A DNA stretch of 64,000 nucleotides from Deltaproteobacteria bacterium. GTDB taxonomy: Bacteria; Desulfobacterota; GWC2-55-46. The notes below the pieces were generated by a model. It had not been told where the DNA came from. It worked only from the letters and a program-made list of their open reading frames with translations, and ran no database searches. The stretch lies in NCBI GenBank assembly GCA_038043525.1, contig JBBTBW010000002.1:57315-121314 (forward strand). The letters are read 5' to 3'. Shown here piece by piece: positions 18,817 to 28,848 of this stretch (positions are counted from its first letter, which is position 1; each line of letters begins with the position of its first letter). A program made the translations under genes and the position numbers.

Positions 18817-21537
18817 ATGATAGGCAGTTTCTTGAAAAAGGTCTTCGGCAGCAAAAACGAGCGCGAGATAAAGCGCATACTCCCTCTTGTCGAGAAGGTC
18901 AACTCCCATGAACCTAAGATGAAGGCCCTTTCTGACGACGGGATACGGGGCCTTATCGCGGGGTTTAAGCAGGAGGCCGCAAAAGGCAGGCCTCTGGATG
19001 AGATACTTCCCGAGACCTTCGCCGCTGTCAGGGAGATGGCATTGAGGCGGCTGAAGATGCGCCACTACGACGTCCAGATCATCGGTGGCGTCGTCCTGCA
19101 CGAAGGCAGGATAGCGGAGATGAAGACAGGCGAGGGAAAGACCCTTGTCGCCACGCTCCCTCTTGTCTTGAACGCTCTTTCAGGCAAGGGCGCGCACCTT
19201 GTCACGGTCAACGACTATCTGGCAAAAAGGGACAGCCATTGGATGGGCGCGCTTTATAACTCGTTAGGCCTTACAAGCGCTGTCATTGGCCACGATTCAA
19301 GCTTCCTGTACGATCCGTCTTATACCGAGGGGAAGAGCTTCATACATCTCAGGCCAGTTTCGCGCAAAGAGGCCTACGGCGCTGATATCACCTATGGGAC
19401 CAATAACGAGTACGGTTTCGATTATCTCAGGGACAACATGAAGTTCTCTCTGGACGAGTATGTCCAGAGGGACCTTAACTACGCGATCGTCGACGAGGTA
19501 GACTCCATCCTCATTGACGAGGCGCGTACCCCTCTCATCATATCCGGGCCTACCGAGGATTCCACGGATAAGTATTACGTCATAGACAGGATAATACCGG
19601 GGCTCAAGAAAGAGGCCCATTATACTGTCGATGAAAAGGCGCGCCAGGTTCTTCTGACAGAAGATGGCATAAGCAAGGTCGAGGAGTTGCTCTCTATCGA
19701 CAACCTGTATAACCCGGAGAACATAGAGCTCCTTCATCACGTCAACCAGGGGTTGAGGGCGCACGTCCTTTTTTCAAGGGACGTCGATTATGTCGTCAAG
19801 GACGGCCAGGTAACTATAGTAGATGAGTTTACCGGAAGGCTCATGCCCGGAAGGCGCTGGAGCGATGGTCTTCATCAGGCTGTCGAGGCGAAGGAGAAGG
19901 TCAAGATAGAAAACGAGAACCAGACCCTTGCCACGATCACTTTCCAGAATTACTTCAGGATGTACGAGAAGCTCTCAGGCATGACAGGCACCGCCGATAC
20001 CGAGGCCGCGGAGTTCAACTCCATATACACCCTCGACGTCGTGATAATCCCCACGAACAAGCCTACGGCGCGTAAAGACACGATGGACCTCATCTACAAG
20101 ACCAAGAAGGAGAAGTTCAAGGCGGTCATAAAAGAGATACAGGAGTGGCACGCCAAGGGCAGGCCGATACTCGTCGGCACTATCTCCATAGACGATTCCG
20201 AAAAACTCTCCAATATGCTTGTGAGGCACGGTGTGGCGCACCACGTGCTTAACGCCAAACAGCACGAGCGCGAGGCCGAGATAGTCGCTCAGGCGGGCCG
20301 TTACGGCTCCGTCACGCTTTCAACAAACATGGCGGGCAGGGGCACGGACATATTGCTCGGAGGAAACCCCGAGTTCATGGCGGTAGCCGAGGCTGGCAAG
20401 GACGATTCCACGCCGCAGTACCGCGCCGCTTATGATCAGTCAAAGATCCTTTGCGAAGAGGAAAAACAGAAGGTCCTGGCTATAGGCGGCCTTCACATCA
20501 TCGGCACTGAAAGGCATGAGTCAAGGCGCATTGACAACCAGCTTCGCGGACGCGCCGGACGCCAGGGCGACCCGGGCTCATCGCGTTTTTATCTCTCGCT
20601 GGAAGACGATCTCCTTCGCATATTCGGCTCCGACAGGATAGCCTCGGTCATGGGCAAGATAGGCATGGAAGAGGACGTTCCCATCGAGCACGGCCTCGTC
20701 TCAAGGGCCATCGAGAACGCGCAGAAGAAGGTAGAGGCCCACAACTTCGACATGAGGAAAAACCTCCTCGAATACGATGACGTTATGAACCAGCAGAGGG
20801 AGATAATCTACAAGTACAGGAAGCAGATACTCTCCCAGAGCGGGCTTCGCGACATGGTCAAGGAGTTCACCTCCGACGTAGCGACGCAGATCATCGAGAT
20901 ACACATCGAGGCAAAGGCGCACCCGGAAGACTGGGACCTCAAATCCGTTGCGGATGCGGCCGCCTCGCAGTACGGAGTGGATCTTGCGACAAACGACCTT
21001 AACGGCATAAACCGCAGGGAAGACCTTGCCGCCGCTATAACCGAGAAGGTATGGGTACGCTACAACGAAAAGGTCGCGATCGTAGGCGACCAGGCGTTCG
21101 CAGACTTTGAAAAGGTCATCATGCTCCATACGCTTGATACGCTCTGGAAGGACCATCTGCTCTCGATGGACCACCTGAAGGGCGGGATAGGCCTCAGAGG
21201 CTACGGCCAGAAAAACCCTCTGCAGGAATACAAGAGAGAGGGTTTCGATATGTTCGTCGAGATGACGGCGAAACTCAAGTCAGATGTTGCGGAGAGGCTC
21301 TATAAGGTGCAGATAAAGATGGAGCATGAGCATACTCCGCCTTCTCCGCCGCCGCAGATGGCAAGGCCCAAGGAGCAGAAGGTCACGTACGGCCGGGGGG
21401 AAGAGCCCCAAGAGGATGATAAGGCCGAGCCTGTGACACGGCATGGCGATAAGATAGGGCGTAACGACCCGTGCCCTTGCGGCTCCGGGAAGAAGTACAA
21501 GAAGTGCTGCGGCGAGGGACATAGCGACGAGGAATAA
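18817..21537 (+). CDS. secA: preprotein translocase ATPase SecA
   Basis: N-terminus [24 protein letters not shown]-like motor motifs ([27 protein letters not shown]), and C-terminal zinc motif [14 protein letters not shown]. Confidence 0.97.
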   Translation: MIGSFLKKVFGSKNEREIKRILPLVEKVNSHEPKMKALSDDGIRGLIAGFKQEAAKGRPLDEILPETFAAVREMALRRLKMRHYDVQIIGGVVLHEGRIAEMKTGEGKTLVATLPLVLNALSGKGAHLVTVNDYLAKRDSHWMGALYNSLGLTSAVIGHDSSFLYDPSYTEGKSFIHLRPVSRKEAYGADITYGTNNEYGFDYLRDNMKFSLDEYVQRDLNYAIVDEVDSILIDEARTPLIISGPTEDSTDKYYVIDRIIPGLKKEAHYTVDEKARQVLLTEDGISKVEELLSIDNLYNPENIELLHHVNQGLRAHVLFSRDVDYVVKDGQVTIVDEFTGRLMPGRRWSDGLHQAVEAKEKVKIENENQTLATITFQNYFRMYEKLSGMTGTADTEAAEFNSIYTLDVVIIPTNKPTARKDTMDLIYKTKKEKFKAVIKEIQEWHAKGRPILVGTISIDDSEKLSNMLVRHGVAHHVLNAKQHEREAEIVAQAGRYGSVTLSTNMAGRGTDILLGGNPEFMAVAEAGKDDSTPQYRAAYDQSKILCEEEKQKVLAIGGLHIIGTERHESRRIDNQLRGRAGRQGDPGSSRFYLSLEDDLLRIFGSDRIASVMGKIGMEEDVPIEHGLVSRAIENAQKKVEAHNFDMRKNLLEYDDVMNQQREIIYKYRKQILSQSGLRDMVKEFTSDVATQIIEIHIEAKAHPEDWDLKSVADAAASQYGVDLATNDLNGINRREDLAAAITEKVWVRYNEKVAIVGDQAFADFEKVIMLHTLDTLWKDHLLSMDHLKGGIGLRGYGQKNPLQEYKREGFDMFVEMTAKLKSDVAERLYKVQIKMEHEHTPPSPPPQMARPKEQKVTYGRGEEPQEDDKAEPVTRHGDKIGRNDPCPCGSGKKYKKCCGEGHSDEE

Positions 21538-21736
21538 GGGCCTTGCAGTCGGCTTCTTCGCGGTGTCGGCTTAGTAACGCGCTTTTTAATCTGGTAAGGA
21601 TAATGCTTTCCCTTACCCGATACAAGTTTTTAAGTATGCAAGTCGATAAGAATTTTATGGATACGCGGATGGGCCGTTATGCTCATACGCGTATCTTACT
21701 CTGACAAAGAAATCCGATTGAAAGGTCCTCTATATA

Positions 21737-22939
21737 ATGTCATCTGAAAAAATCGTCGATCTATTGAAGGTGCAGGGCTTCAGGGCCTCCGGCGTCTCTT
21801 GCGGGATAAAAAAGAACGGGAAGCGAGATCTTGCGCTTATACTGAGCGACGTGCCAGCCCGTGTTGCGTCTCTTTTTACAACGAACAAAGTAAAGGCCGC
21901 GCCTGTCCTCATAGACATGGAAAGGGTCAAGAAGGGGGGCATCCGCGGCGTCATAGTCAATAGCGGCAACGCAAACGCCTGCACCGGAAAAAAAGGGTAC
22001 TCGGATGCCCTTAAAATGACCGCTCTTGCCGAGAAAGCGTTAGGCCTTGATAAAGGGAGTATCCTTGTTTCTTCTACCGGCGTTATCGGCGTGCCGCTGC
22101 CTGTTGAGAAGGTCGAGGCAGGGATGAAGGACCTCATCGAGGGTCTGAGCTATGATGGCCTGCCTGATGCAGGCGAAGCTATAATGACGACGGACGCCTT
22201 TATGAAGACCGCGTCGGCCTCGGCTGTGATAGGCGGCAGAAAGGTGACGATCGCCGGTATAGCCAAGGGCGCTGGGATGATATGCCCGAATATGGCAACG
22301 ATGCTCGCTTACTTCGTGACCGATTGCGACGTGCCTGTAGCGGCGCTTAGAAAGGCGCTCAAAGAGGCTACCGACCTTTCTTTCAACTCTATAATAGTCG
22401 ATAACGACACATCTACGAACGATACCTCCATGATATTTGCCAACGGGCTTGCAGGCAACAGGCCTGCAAGGTGCGGCACGCCGGAGTACCAGCGGTTCGT
22501 GAGGCTCCTTACAGAGGTCTCTACAAGGCTCGCGCACATGATCGTAAAAGACGGTGAGGGCGCGACGCGTTTTATTGAGATCAAGATAAAAAGGGCGGCA
22601 AGTGATAAAGACGCACGGCTTGCCGGGCGCACCATGGCAGAGTCGTTTCTGGTGAAGACCGCGTTTTTCGGCGGCGACCCGAACTGGGGCCGTATCATGG
22701 CCGCCATCGGAAAGGCGGCGATAAAGATGGACGAGTCGAAGACGGATATAATATTCAACGGTGTCCATGTCGTGAAAAACGGCTTGGACACAGGGATGGA
22801 AAAAGAGGCTGCGGCCGCGATAAAGGTGCGGGAGGTCGTAGTCACGGTAGATCTAAGGATGGGCAAGGGGACTTCGACGATCTGGACTACGGACCTTTCA
22901 TACGAGTACGTAAAGATAAATTCCGCTTACAGGACATGA
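21737..22939 (+). CDS. argJ: bifunctional ornithine acetyltransferase / N-acetylglutamate synthase
   Basis: Autoprocessing site PNMATMLAY and C-terminal ...YVKINSAYRT, typical of ArgJ. Confidence 0.95.
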   Translation: MSSEKIVDLLKVQGFRASGVSCGIKKNGKRDLALILSDVPARVASLFTTNKVKAAPVLIDMERVKKGGIRGVIVNSGNANACTGKKGYSDALKMTALAEKALGLDKGSILVSSTGVIGVPLPVEKVEAGMKDLIEGLSYDGLPDAGEAIMTTDAFMKTASASAVIGGRKVTIAGIAKGAGMICPNMATMLAYFVTDCDVPVAALRKALKEATDLSFNSIIVDNDTSTNDTSMIFANGLAGNRPARCGTPEYQRFVRLLTEVSTRLAHMIVKDGEGATRFIEIKIKRAASDKDARLAGRTMAESFLVKTAFFGGDPNWGRIMAAIGKAAIKMDESKTDIIFNGVHVVKNGLDTGMEKEAAAAIKVREVVVTVDLRMGKGTSTIWTTDLSYEYVKINSAYRT

Positions 22940-22957
22940 GGCGGCAGGGAGGCTCAG

Positions 22958-23380
22958 ATGGGACTTCTCGGCAAAGAGGCTGACAGGTGGTTGAGGCAGG
23001 CTGAAAATGATTTGAAAGCGTCTGAATGGTGCCAGCAGGGCGGCTTTTTCGCACCTGCTTGTTTTATGGCGCAGCAGGCCGCGGCAAAGTCGTTGAGGGC
23101 GTTTCTGTATATCAACAAGGAAGACGCGAAGGAGACGCGCTCAGTAGCCGACCTCCTCGACAGGGCCATGACGTACGAAGAGTCCTTCAAGTCTTTTGTA
23201 GGCAACTCTACGTCCCTTGACATCTATTACAAGACTGCAAGATTCCCTGACGCGCTGCCTGGCGGCATACCGGCTGAGGTCATAGCAAGGAAGGACTCTG
23301 TAGACGCCATCCGACAGGCCTCTGACATAATCGCGATGGTCGAAAAGACCCGGAAGAACGATCTGCCTGAGACGTTTTAG
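22958..23380 (+). CDS. HEPN-domain protein (orphan, no histidine)
   Basis: HEPN (PF05168-like) pattern A.NDL..A......G.F..A.F.AQQAA.KSL.A.L ... YY..ARFPD. GGGAGG RBS. The protein contains no His residue. Confidence 0.7.
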   Translation: MGLLGKEADRWLRQAENDLKASEWCQQGGFFAPACFMAQQAAAKSLRAFLYINKEDAKETRSVADLLDRAMTYEESFKSFVGNSTSLDIYYKTARFPDALPGGIPAEVIARKDSVDAIRQASDIIAMVEKTRKNDLPETF

Positions 23381-23386
23381 ACTAAG

Positions 23387-23695
23387 GTAGCGGCTCTATA
23401 CCCGAAGGCTCACTACGGGAGCGGTAGCTTTGCCTTGCCGTTAAACAAAACCCGGGTCATGGCGTAGCGAGCCTGACTGAGAGACGACGAGCAGGCATCG
23501 GAATTTTCTGCGAGTCGGCTCGAAAGCGATGCGAGCCATACCCAAAAGCCACGGCAGTGTGAAAAAGACACAGTGGCCTAGAGGGGTGGTTTGAAAAGCC
23601 CTGAAGTAGCAATGGCGGGTGTGACCCGCCTTACCATTTGGCTCGAAAGCGTAGCGAGCCATACTAAAAAGCCACGGAAGTTCGCAAAAGAAGAT
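23387..23695 (+). repeat. intergenic structured repeat, copy B (degenerate sub-core, full core, extra sub-core)
   Basis: Core 23444-23567 is near-identical to 17015-17138. Sub-core copies lie at 23387-23420 (degenerate) and 23640-23693. Confidence 0.9.
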
Positions 23696-23762
23696 CAACT
23701 AACAGACAACCGTAGAGCTATCTTCAGGCAACTTTGCTTTAAACCTCCACGCAGGAGATATT

Positions 23763-24545
23763 TTGTCAGAGACGGATATAATCCTCGCCCTGATCGTCTT
23801 CCTGTTCGGGGCTGTCATCGGAAGCTTCCTTAACGTCTGCATACACAGGATCCCGCGCGGGCTTTCTATAGCTTCGCCGCCTTCCAGGTGCCCGAGGTGC
23901 GAAAGACGCATACCGTTTTATGATAACATCCCGATAATCAGTTATATTCTTCTTAAGGGCAGGTGCAGGTCGTGCGCCGAGCCGTTCTCCGCCTTGTACC
24001 CGTTCGTCGAGGCCTCTACAGGCGTCTTCGCCGTTCTGCTCTTTCTGAAGTTCTCTTTGACTCCGGAGTTTTTCGTATACTCCGTCTTCGTCGCCTCTCT
24101 GATAGTAATAACCTTCATAGACCTTGAGTTGCAGATAATTCCAGATGTGATAAGTCTGCCTGGCATTGTCGTAGGTTTTGCGGCCTCGTTTTTCCTTATC
24201 AGCCCGGGCGTATGGGGTTCTATTATCGGCATCGGCCTCGGCGCAGGCATCCTTCTCGGCATAGCCGCGGCGTATATGCTTGTCGCCGGTAAAGAGGGGA
24301 TGGGGATGGGAGACGTCAAGATGCTCGCTATGATAGGGGCGTTTCTCGGCTGGCAGGGCGTTATCCTGACGCTTCTTGCCGGTTCGCTCTTCGGCGCCTT
24401 GATCGGCGGCGGCTTGATGTACTTCAAGGGCAAGGGTTCCGGGCATGCCATCCCGTTCGGGCCGTTCCTGGCTCTCGGCGCTCTGCTGCACCTCTTTCTG
24501 GGGCCTGAGATAATATCCTGGTACATCGACATGGTAGTCGGATAG
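23763..24545 (+). CDS. pilD: prepilin peptidase / N-methyltransferase (A24 family)
   Basis: N-terminal SFLNVCIHRIP and Cys box CPRCERRIPFYDNIPIISY...GRCRSC. Polytopic, with the catalytic-Asp motif GMGMGDVKML. TTG start after AGGAG. Confidence 0.9.
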   Translation: MSETDIILALIVFLFGAVIGSFLNVCIHRIPRGLSIASPPSRCPRCERRIPFYDNIPIISYILLKGRCRSCAEPFSALYPFVEASTGVFAVLLFLKFSLTPEFFVYSVFVASLIVITFIDLELQIIPDVISLPGIVVGFAASFFLISPGVWGSIIGIGLGAGILLGIAAAYMLVAGKEGMGMGDVKMLAMIGAFLGWQGVILTLLAGSLFGALIGGGLMYFKGKGSGHAIPFGPFLALGALLHLFLGPEIISWYIDMVVG

Positions 24546-24570
24546 CCTCTATCCGGCCTGGGGGCGCTAA

Positions 24571-26121
24571 GTGCGTTTTAAGAGATCATATCTCGGCATA
24601 CGGGGCCAGCTCATCGCGGGCATCGTAGTGACAACGATTGCCGGCATAGGCCTCACAGGGCTCCTTGGCATAAAGATAGCCGAGAATACCGCTGTCTACT
24701 CCAGGATATCCGAGGCAGGCAATATCACGAGGATAATATCGACCTCTGTCAGGCAACAGCCGCCCGGTGACGCCGTGCGTTTTATCCAGTCGGCGCTTAT
24801 GGGTGCGGGGATACGGGATATCCGCGTAAGAGATGTATCAGGCAGGATCATTTTGAGCGAAGGCGCTGTTATCTCTGAAGAAGGCGAGGTCCTTTTCTCA
24901 GACCCGGCTTTGACTGTCATGCGCATAGGCGGCGGCTGGTTTCAAGGCGCCGGCAGGGCGCTTTTTATTTCAGCCCCGTTAGGCTCAGGCCGGGAACGGT
25001 TAGGGACTCTTGAGTTTTCAGTCCCTCTGAGCGAGATACAAAAGAGCATGGCAGGGGTCAGAAGGTTCTTCGTAGTCTACGCTCTCCTGGACTCCATAAT
25101 AATAATAGGTCTTGGCATATACTTTCTCTCACGCTCTGTAATAGGCCCGGTAAGAAAACTCGATGAGGCGGCAAAGAGGATCTCAGGCGGCAAGCTCGGT
25201 GAGAGGGCTGAGGTCACCGCTGATAACGAACTCGGAAGCCTCTCCCGCTCATTTAACTCCATGGCCGGGAGGCTCGAAGAGGAGATCAAGTCCCTTGAGA
25301 GGTTGAACCTCGAGCTTCTGGCCGCTCAGGAAGAGCTTACGCGCGCCTCAACGCTTGCCGCCGTAGGCCGCCTCGCCTCAGGGATCGCCCACGAGATAGG
25401 AAATCCGCTCGGGGCTGTCAAGGGATACCTTGATATACTTTTCAAAGGTGTCGCAGACAAGGCGCAGGAGGCCGAGATAATAGAGAGGGCTTCAAGAGAG
25501 GCGGCAAGGATAGATTCTATCGTAAGAGAGTTCCTAGACGTAGCTCGTCCTGCCCCAAGGCCTGATGAGCCGGTCGATGTGAACCCTGTTTTGCTGGGCG
25601 CCATCTCTGCCGCCTCTGTAATGGCTGAGTTCAGTTCGGTAGATATAAGAAAGGACTTCGCAACAGGGATACCGCCTGTCATGGTGGAGGACGGCAAATT
25701 GAGACAGGTATTCATGAACATACTGGTAAACGCCGCTCACTCCTTCGAGGGGTGCAAAGGAACGAGGCTGATAACCGTAGAGACAGGCACCCAGAAGAGG
25801 CCTTATGAGAGGGGCGTACGCAGGAGGCGTGATGACGCACCTGTCGTGCCGGAGAGCGGTGCCTTTTCTGACAGAGAGAGGCTCTACGTGACCGTCAGAT
25901 TCACTGACAACGGCTGCGGCATCGACGCTATTACCGCAGGCAGGGTCTTTGAGCCGTTTTTCACGACGAAGGGGCCGGGGCGCGGCACCGGGCTAGGGCT
26001 CTTCGTCTCGCAGTCCATTATAAAGGCCTATGGCGGCGAGATCGAACTGGCATCAACAGATGGCGCAGGTTCGGTCTTTACCGTTATACTGCCATGCGCC
26101 GATGGGGTCCTGGATAGATGA
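24571..26121 (+). CDS. sensor histidine kinase (2 TM, HAMP, HisKA, HATPase), PilS-like by context
   Basis: H-box GIAHEIGNPL, N-box NILVNAAHS, G-boxes DNGCGI and GTGLGL. Two TM segments flank a ~130-aa periplasmic region. Confidence 0.85.
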   Translation: MRFKRSYLGIRGQLIAGIVVTTIAGIGLTGLLGIKIAENTAVYSRISEAGNITRIISTSVRQQPPGDAVRFIQSALMGAGIRDIRVRDVSGRIILSEGAVISEEGEVLFSDPALTVMRIGGGWFQGAGRALFISAPLGSGRERLGTLEFSVPLSEIQKSMAGVRRFFVVYALLDSIIIIGLGIYFLSRSVIGPVRKLDEAAKRISGGKLGERAEVTADNELGSLSRSFNSMAGRLEEEIKSLERLNLELLAAQEELTRASTLAAVGRLASGIAHEIGNPLGAVKGYLDILFKGVADKAQEAEIIERASREAARIDSIVREFLDVARPAPRPDEPVDVNPVLLGAISAASVMAEFSSVDIRKDFATGIPPVMVEDGKLRQVFMNILVNAAHSFEGCKGTRLITVETGTQKRPYERGVRRRRDDAPVVPESGAFSDRERLYVTVRFTDNGCGIDAITAGRVFEPFFTTKGPGRGTGLGLFVSQSIIKAYGGEIELASTDGAGSVFTVILPCADGVLDR

Positions 26122-27473
26122 GGATACTGGTCATAGACGACGAAGAGGCGATGCGCCACATGCTCGGCATCCTTTTAAAGAGAGAGGGCTGGGACTACGC
26201 CGCCTTCGATGATGCGTCCAAGGCCCTTTCAGCGCTTGAAAATGACGACTTTGACTTCGTACTTTGCGACATAAAGATGCCGGGCCTCGACGGGTACGGC
26301 TTTTTGAAGGCTTTGAAGGAAAGGTCGATCGGCAAGACGGTAATTATGATGAGCGCGTACGGTACGATGGATAGCGCCATAGAGTGTATGAAGCTCGGGG
26401 CCTATGACTACATATCCAAGCCGTTTAAGTCTGACGAGGTTATCATCACTCTTAAGAAGGCCCTTGAGAGAGAGAGACTCAAGAGCGAGAATGCGAGGCT
26501 CAAGGCCGAGGTATCGAAGGAATACGCCCCGGCCTCCATCATAACCCGGGACGCAGCTATGTCAGCTATCCTCGACCTCGTTAGAAAGGTCGCTGATTAT
26601 GATTCCCCTGTACTCATTACGGGTGAATCCGGCACCGGCAAAGAGCTTGTGGCTCGCGCGCTCCATTACCGGGGTTGCAGGGCGGACGGGCCTTTTGTGG
26701 CTGTCAACTGCGGGGCGATACCTGCCCAACTCCTCGAAAGCGAGCTCTTCGGCCACGTCAAAGGCGCGTTTACCGATGCGCACAGGGCGAAGCAGGGGCT
26801 ATTTCATGAGGCGAACGAGGGTACGATATTCCTTGATGAGATAGGCGAACTTCCGCATGAGCTTCAAGTCAAGCTCCTGAGAGTCCTTCAGGAGGGCGAG
26901 GTAAGGCGCGTAGGCGATACAAGGTCTGTAAAGATCGACGCAAGGGTCGTAGCCGCTACTATCAGAGACCTGAAGGCTGAGGTAGAAAAGGGCTCTTTCA
27001 GGGAAGACCTCTACTACAGGCTAAACGTCATAGATATAAAGGTGCCGCCGCTAAGGAAGAGAAAGGCGGATATCATCCCGCTTGCGACGCACTTCATCGA
27101 AAAATACGCTAAAATGTTCGGTAAGCCGCTTAAGTCCCTATCAGAAGAGGCTTTAAGAGCGCTTGAGGGGTATGAGTGGCCCGGAAACGTCCGCGAGCTT
27201 GAAAACGCCATAGAGCGAGCGATGATCCTCGAAGATACGCCGATGATCAGGGGTGAGTCGCTGCCGGTATATTCCCACGCAGGGACGCTAGGCCGCCAAG
27301 GGCCTGACGATGACCTTTCCATAAAAAAGGCCTCGGAGTCTATCGAGCGTGAACTGATCAAAAAGGCGCTTGAAAAGACGCACAACAACAAGACCCGGGC
27401 GGCGCTCCTATTAGAGATAAGCCACAGGGCGCTTCTTTATAAGATAAAGAGCTACGGGCTTGACAGGCCTTGA
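26118..27473 (+). CDS. pilR: sigma-54-dependent response regulator (NtrC family), PilR-like by context
   Basis: REC domain ([14 protein letters not shown]), AAA+ domain with GESGTGKE and a GAFTGA variant (GAFTDA), and a C-terminal Fis-type HTH. The start overlaps the kinase stop (ATGA). Confidence 0.85.
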   Translation: MRILVIDDEEAMRHMLGILLKREGWDYAAFDDASKALSALENDDFDFVLCDIKMPGLDGYGFLKALKERSIGKTVIMMSAYGTMDSAIECMKLGAYDYISKPFKSDEVIITLKKALERERLKSENARLKAEVSKEYAPASIITRDAAMSAILDLVRKVADYDSPVLITGESGTGKELVARALHYRGCRADGPFVAVNCGAIPAQLLESELFGHVKGAFTDAHRAKQGLFHEANEGTIFLDEIGELPHELQVKLLRVLQEGEVRRVGDTRSVKIDARVVAATIRDLKAEVEKGSFREDLYYRLNVIDIKVPPLRKRKADIIPLATHFIEKYAKMFGKPLKSLSEEALRALEGYEWPGNVRELENAIERAMILEDTPMIRGESLPVYSHAGTLGRQGPDDDLSIKKASESIERELIKKALEKTHNNKTRAALLLEISHRALLYKIKSYGLDRP

Positions 27474-27735
27474 TAGGTCTCAACCGTCATCAGGTGATCA
27501 AGGTTATCGGAGAGTAATTTTACAAGCGTTTTCCCCGGTTTTTCCACGTTATGGAGGATATGGTGTATAGTATCTTTAATCTCTCCATTTTTGAATCCAT
27601 GAGATATCCGGTGATAGTAAAAGATAAGCCAGTCTGACGTTTTTTGGCAGCTAAAAATTGCATAACTACGCAAAAAGTAGCCGATCTGGCCTTGTTGTCA
27701 ATAGAAAATCTCAATAAAAACGAACGGTTGTTTTC

Positions 27736-27751
27736 TGGCATGGCTGTTGCA
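27736..27751 (+). promoter_or_regulatory. sigma-54 (-24/-12) promoter of the minor-pilin operon
   Basis: TGGCAT-GGCTG-TTGCA matches TGGCAC-N5-TTGCW with exact GG/GC spacing. It lies 44 nt upstream of the first pilin-like ORF and directly downstream of a sigma-54 activator gene. Confidence 0.75.
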
Positions 27752-27794
27752 TATTTATCTTGTCAGGATACTGCTTACGCTATACAGCTGATGA

Positions 27795-28316
27795 ATGGGG
27801 TGTGAAGTGCGAAGAGGCTATAATAAAACGGTTTCAGGGAAAGGGTCGAAGGGTTTTACACTTGTCGAGGTCCTTGTGGTCGTGGCGCTTATCGCCACCA
27901 TGCTGGCTATCGGCGTGCCTTCGATCATCTCTCAGATGTCTCACCTGAGGCTCACCCGCTCGGTAAGAGAGGTCTCTGTAGAGCTTTCCGCCGCAAGGCT
28001 CAAGGCCATCGCGTTTAACAGGCGCGTAAGGGTCGCCTTCAACGTATACGGAGGCACCCCTTTGGACGATTACAGGATAAACCTCTATGACAGCGGTACA
28101 AGCACATGGTCTGCCGACCCTACAAGGCCTCTTATTCGCCTGAAGTCGGCCATACGCATAACAAGTCCGGGCGGGTCTTTCAACGTCGATTTTTTCGCGA
28201 ACGGGACAGCCTCTCCGACCTCCGTATGCATTACCAATACGGCAAAGGCTGGAGATCAGATGAAGGTGACGGTTCAAGGTTCTACAGGCATGGTGACTAT
28301 CACCACGGGGTGTTGA
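27795..28316 (+). CDS. prepilin-type minor pilin, GspH/FimT/FimU-like
   Basis: Class III signal ...GSKG|FTLVEVLVVVALIA with E at +5, about 150-aa mature protein, C-terminal beta-rich region ending ...VTVQGSTGMVTITTGC. GTG 27807 is an alternative start. Confidence 0.75.
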   Translation: MGCEVRRGYNKTVSGKGSKGFTLVEVLVVVALIATMLAIGVPSIISQMSHLRLTRSVREVSVELSAARLKAIAFNRRVRVAFNVYGGTPLDDYRINLYDSGTSTWSADPTRPLIRLKSAIRITSPGGSFNVDFFANGTASPTSVCITNTAKAGDQMKVTVQGSTGMVTITTGC

Positions 28317-28331
28317 CGAGGGGGCCAGGTG

Positions 28332-28847
28332 ATGCAAGGGCAAGAAAGTTTTGTTTTAACAGGATCGGCAGGCTCTCAGAAGGGGTTCACCCTTATCGAG
28401 GTGCTTGTCGCCATCTCGATCCTCACTATAGGGATACTCGGCATAGCCGGGCTGATGGGGACCGCGGTGAAGTCGTCAAGTTTCAGCCAGACGATGACGC
28501 AGGCGACTAACCTGGCTGAAGACAGGATAGAGGCGCTCCAGGAGATAGATTTTAACAACATCCAGTCTACCGATCTCGTCGGCAGGGTGGAGCTTCAGAG
28601 GAATTGCTCTCAGACAAGCGCCCTTGTAAGCAGGCCGGTATATACATGCGTTCCGATAAATACCGTTACGTATGACAACAAGGTCTATACCTGGACGTAC
28701 ACCGTGACATACGTCGACCTTGATAACAGCGGGACCGCCAACCCCGGCTCCGACGGTCTCAAAAGGCTTGACGTGACGGTGACGTGGACGGATGTATGGA
28801 ACAACCCCAAGACAACGACGCTGACAACCTTAAGGACAAGAGGATAG
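28332..28847 (+). CDS. prepilin-type minor pilin, PilV/GspI-like
   Basis: Class III signal ...SQKG|FTLIEVLVAISILTIG, then the ...ATNLAEDRIEAL pattern typical of PilV. ATG 28332 or GTG 28329. Confidence 0.75.
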   Translation: MQGQESFVLTGSAGSQKGFTLIEVLVAISILTIGILGIAGLMGTAVKSSSFSQTMTQATNLAEDRIEALQEIDFNNIQSTDLVGRVELQRNCSQTSALVSRPVYTCVPINTVTYDNKVYTWTYTVTYVDLDNSGTANPGSDGLKRLDVTVTWTDVWNNPKTTTLTTLRTRG

Positions 28848-28848
28848 C

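Noticed and set aside
27645-27662. Second sigma-54-like element TGGCAG-CTAAAAA-TTGCA upstream of the real one.
   Set aside because: The GG-to-GC spacing is 2 nt too long for a functional -24/-12 promoter.
27452-27741. Two 73-aa - strand ORFs in the pilR-pilin control region.
   Set aside because: They sit in AT-rich promoter DNA, have no RBS, overlap each other, and would run antisense into the pilR 3' end.
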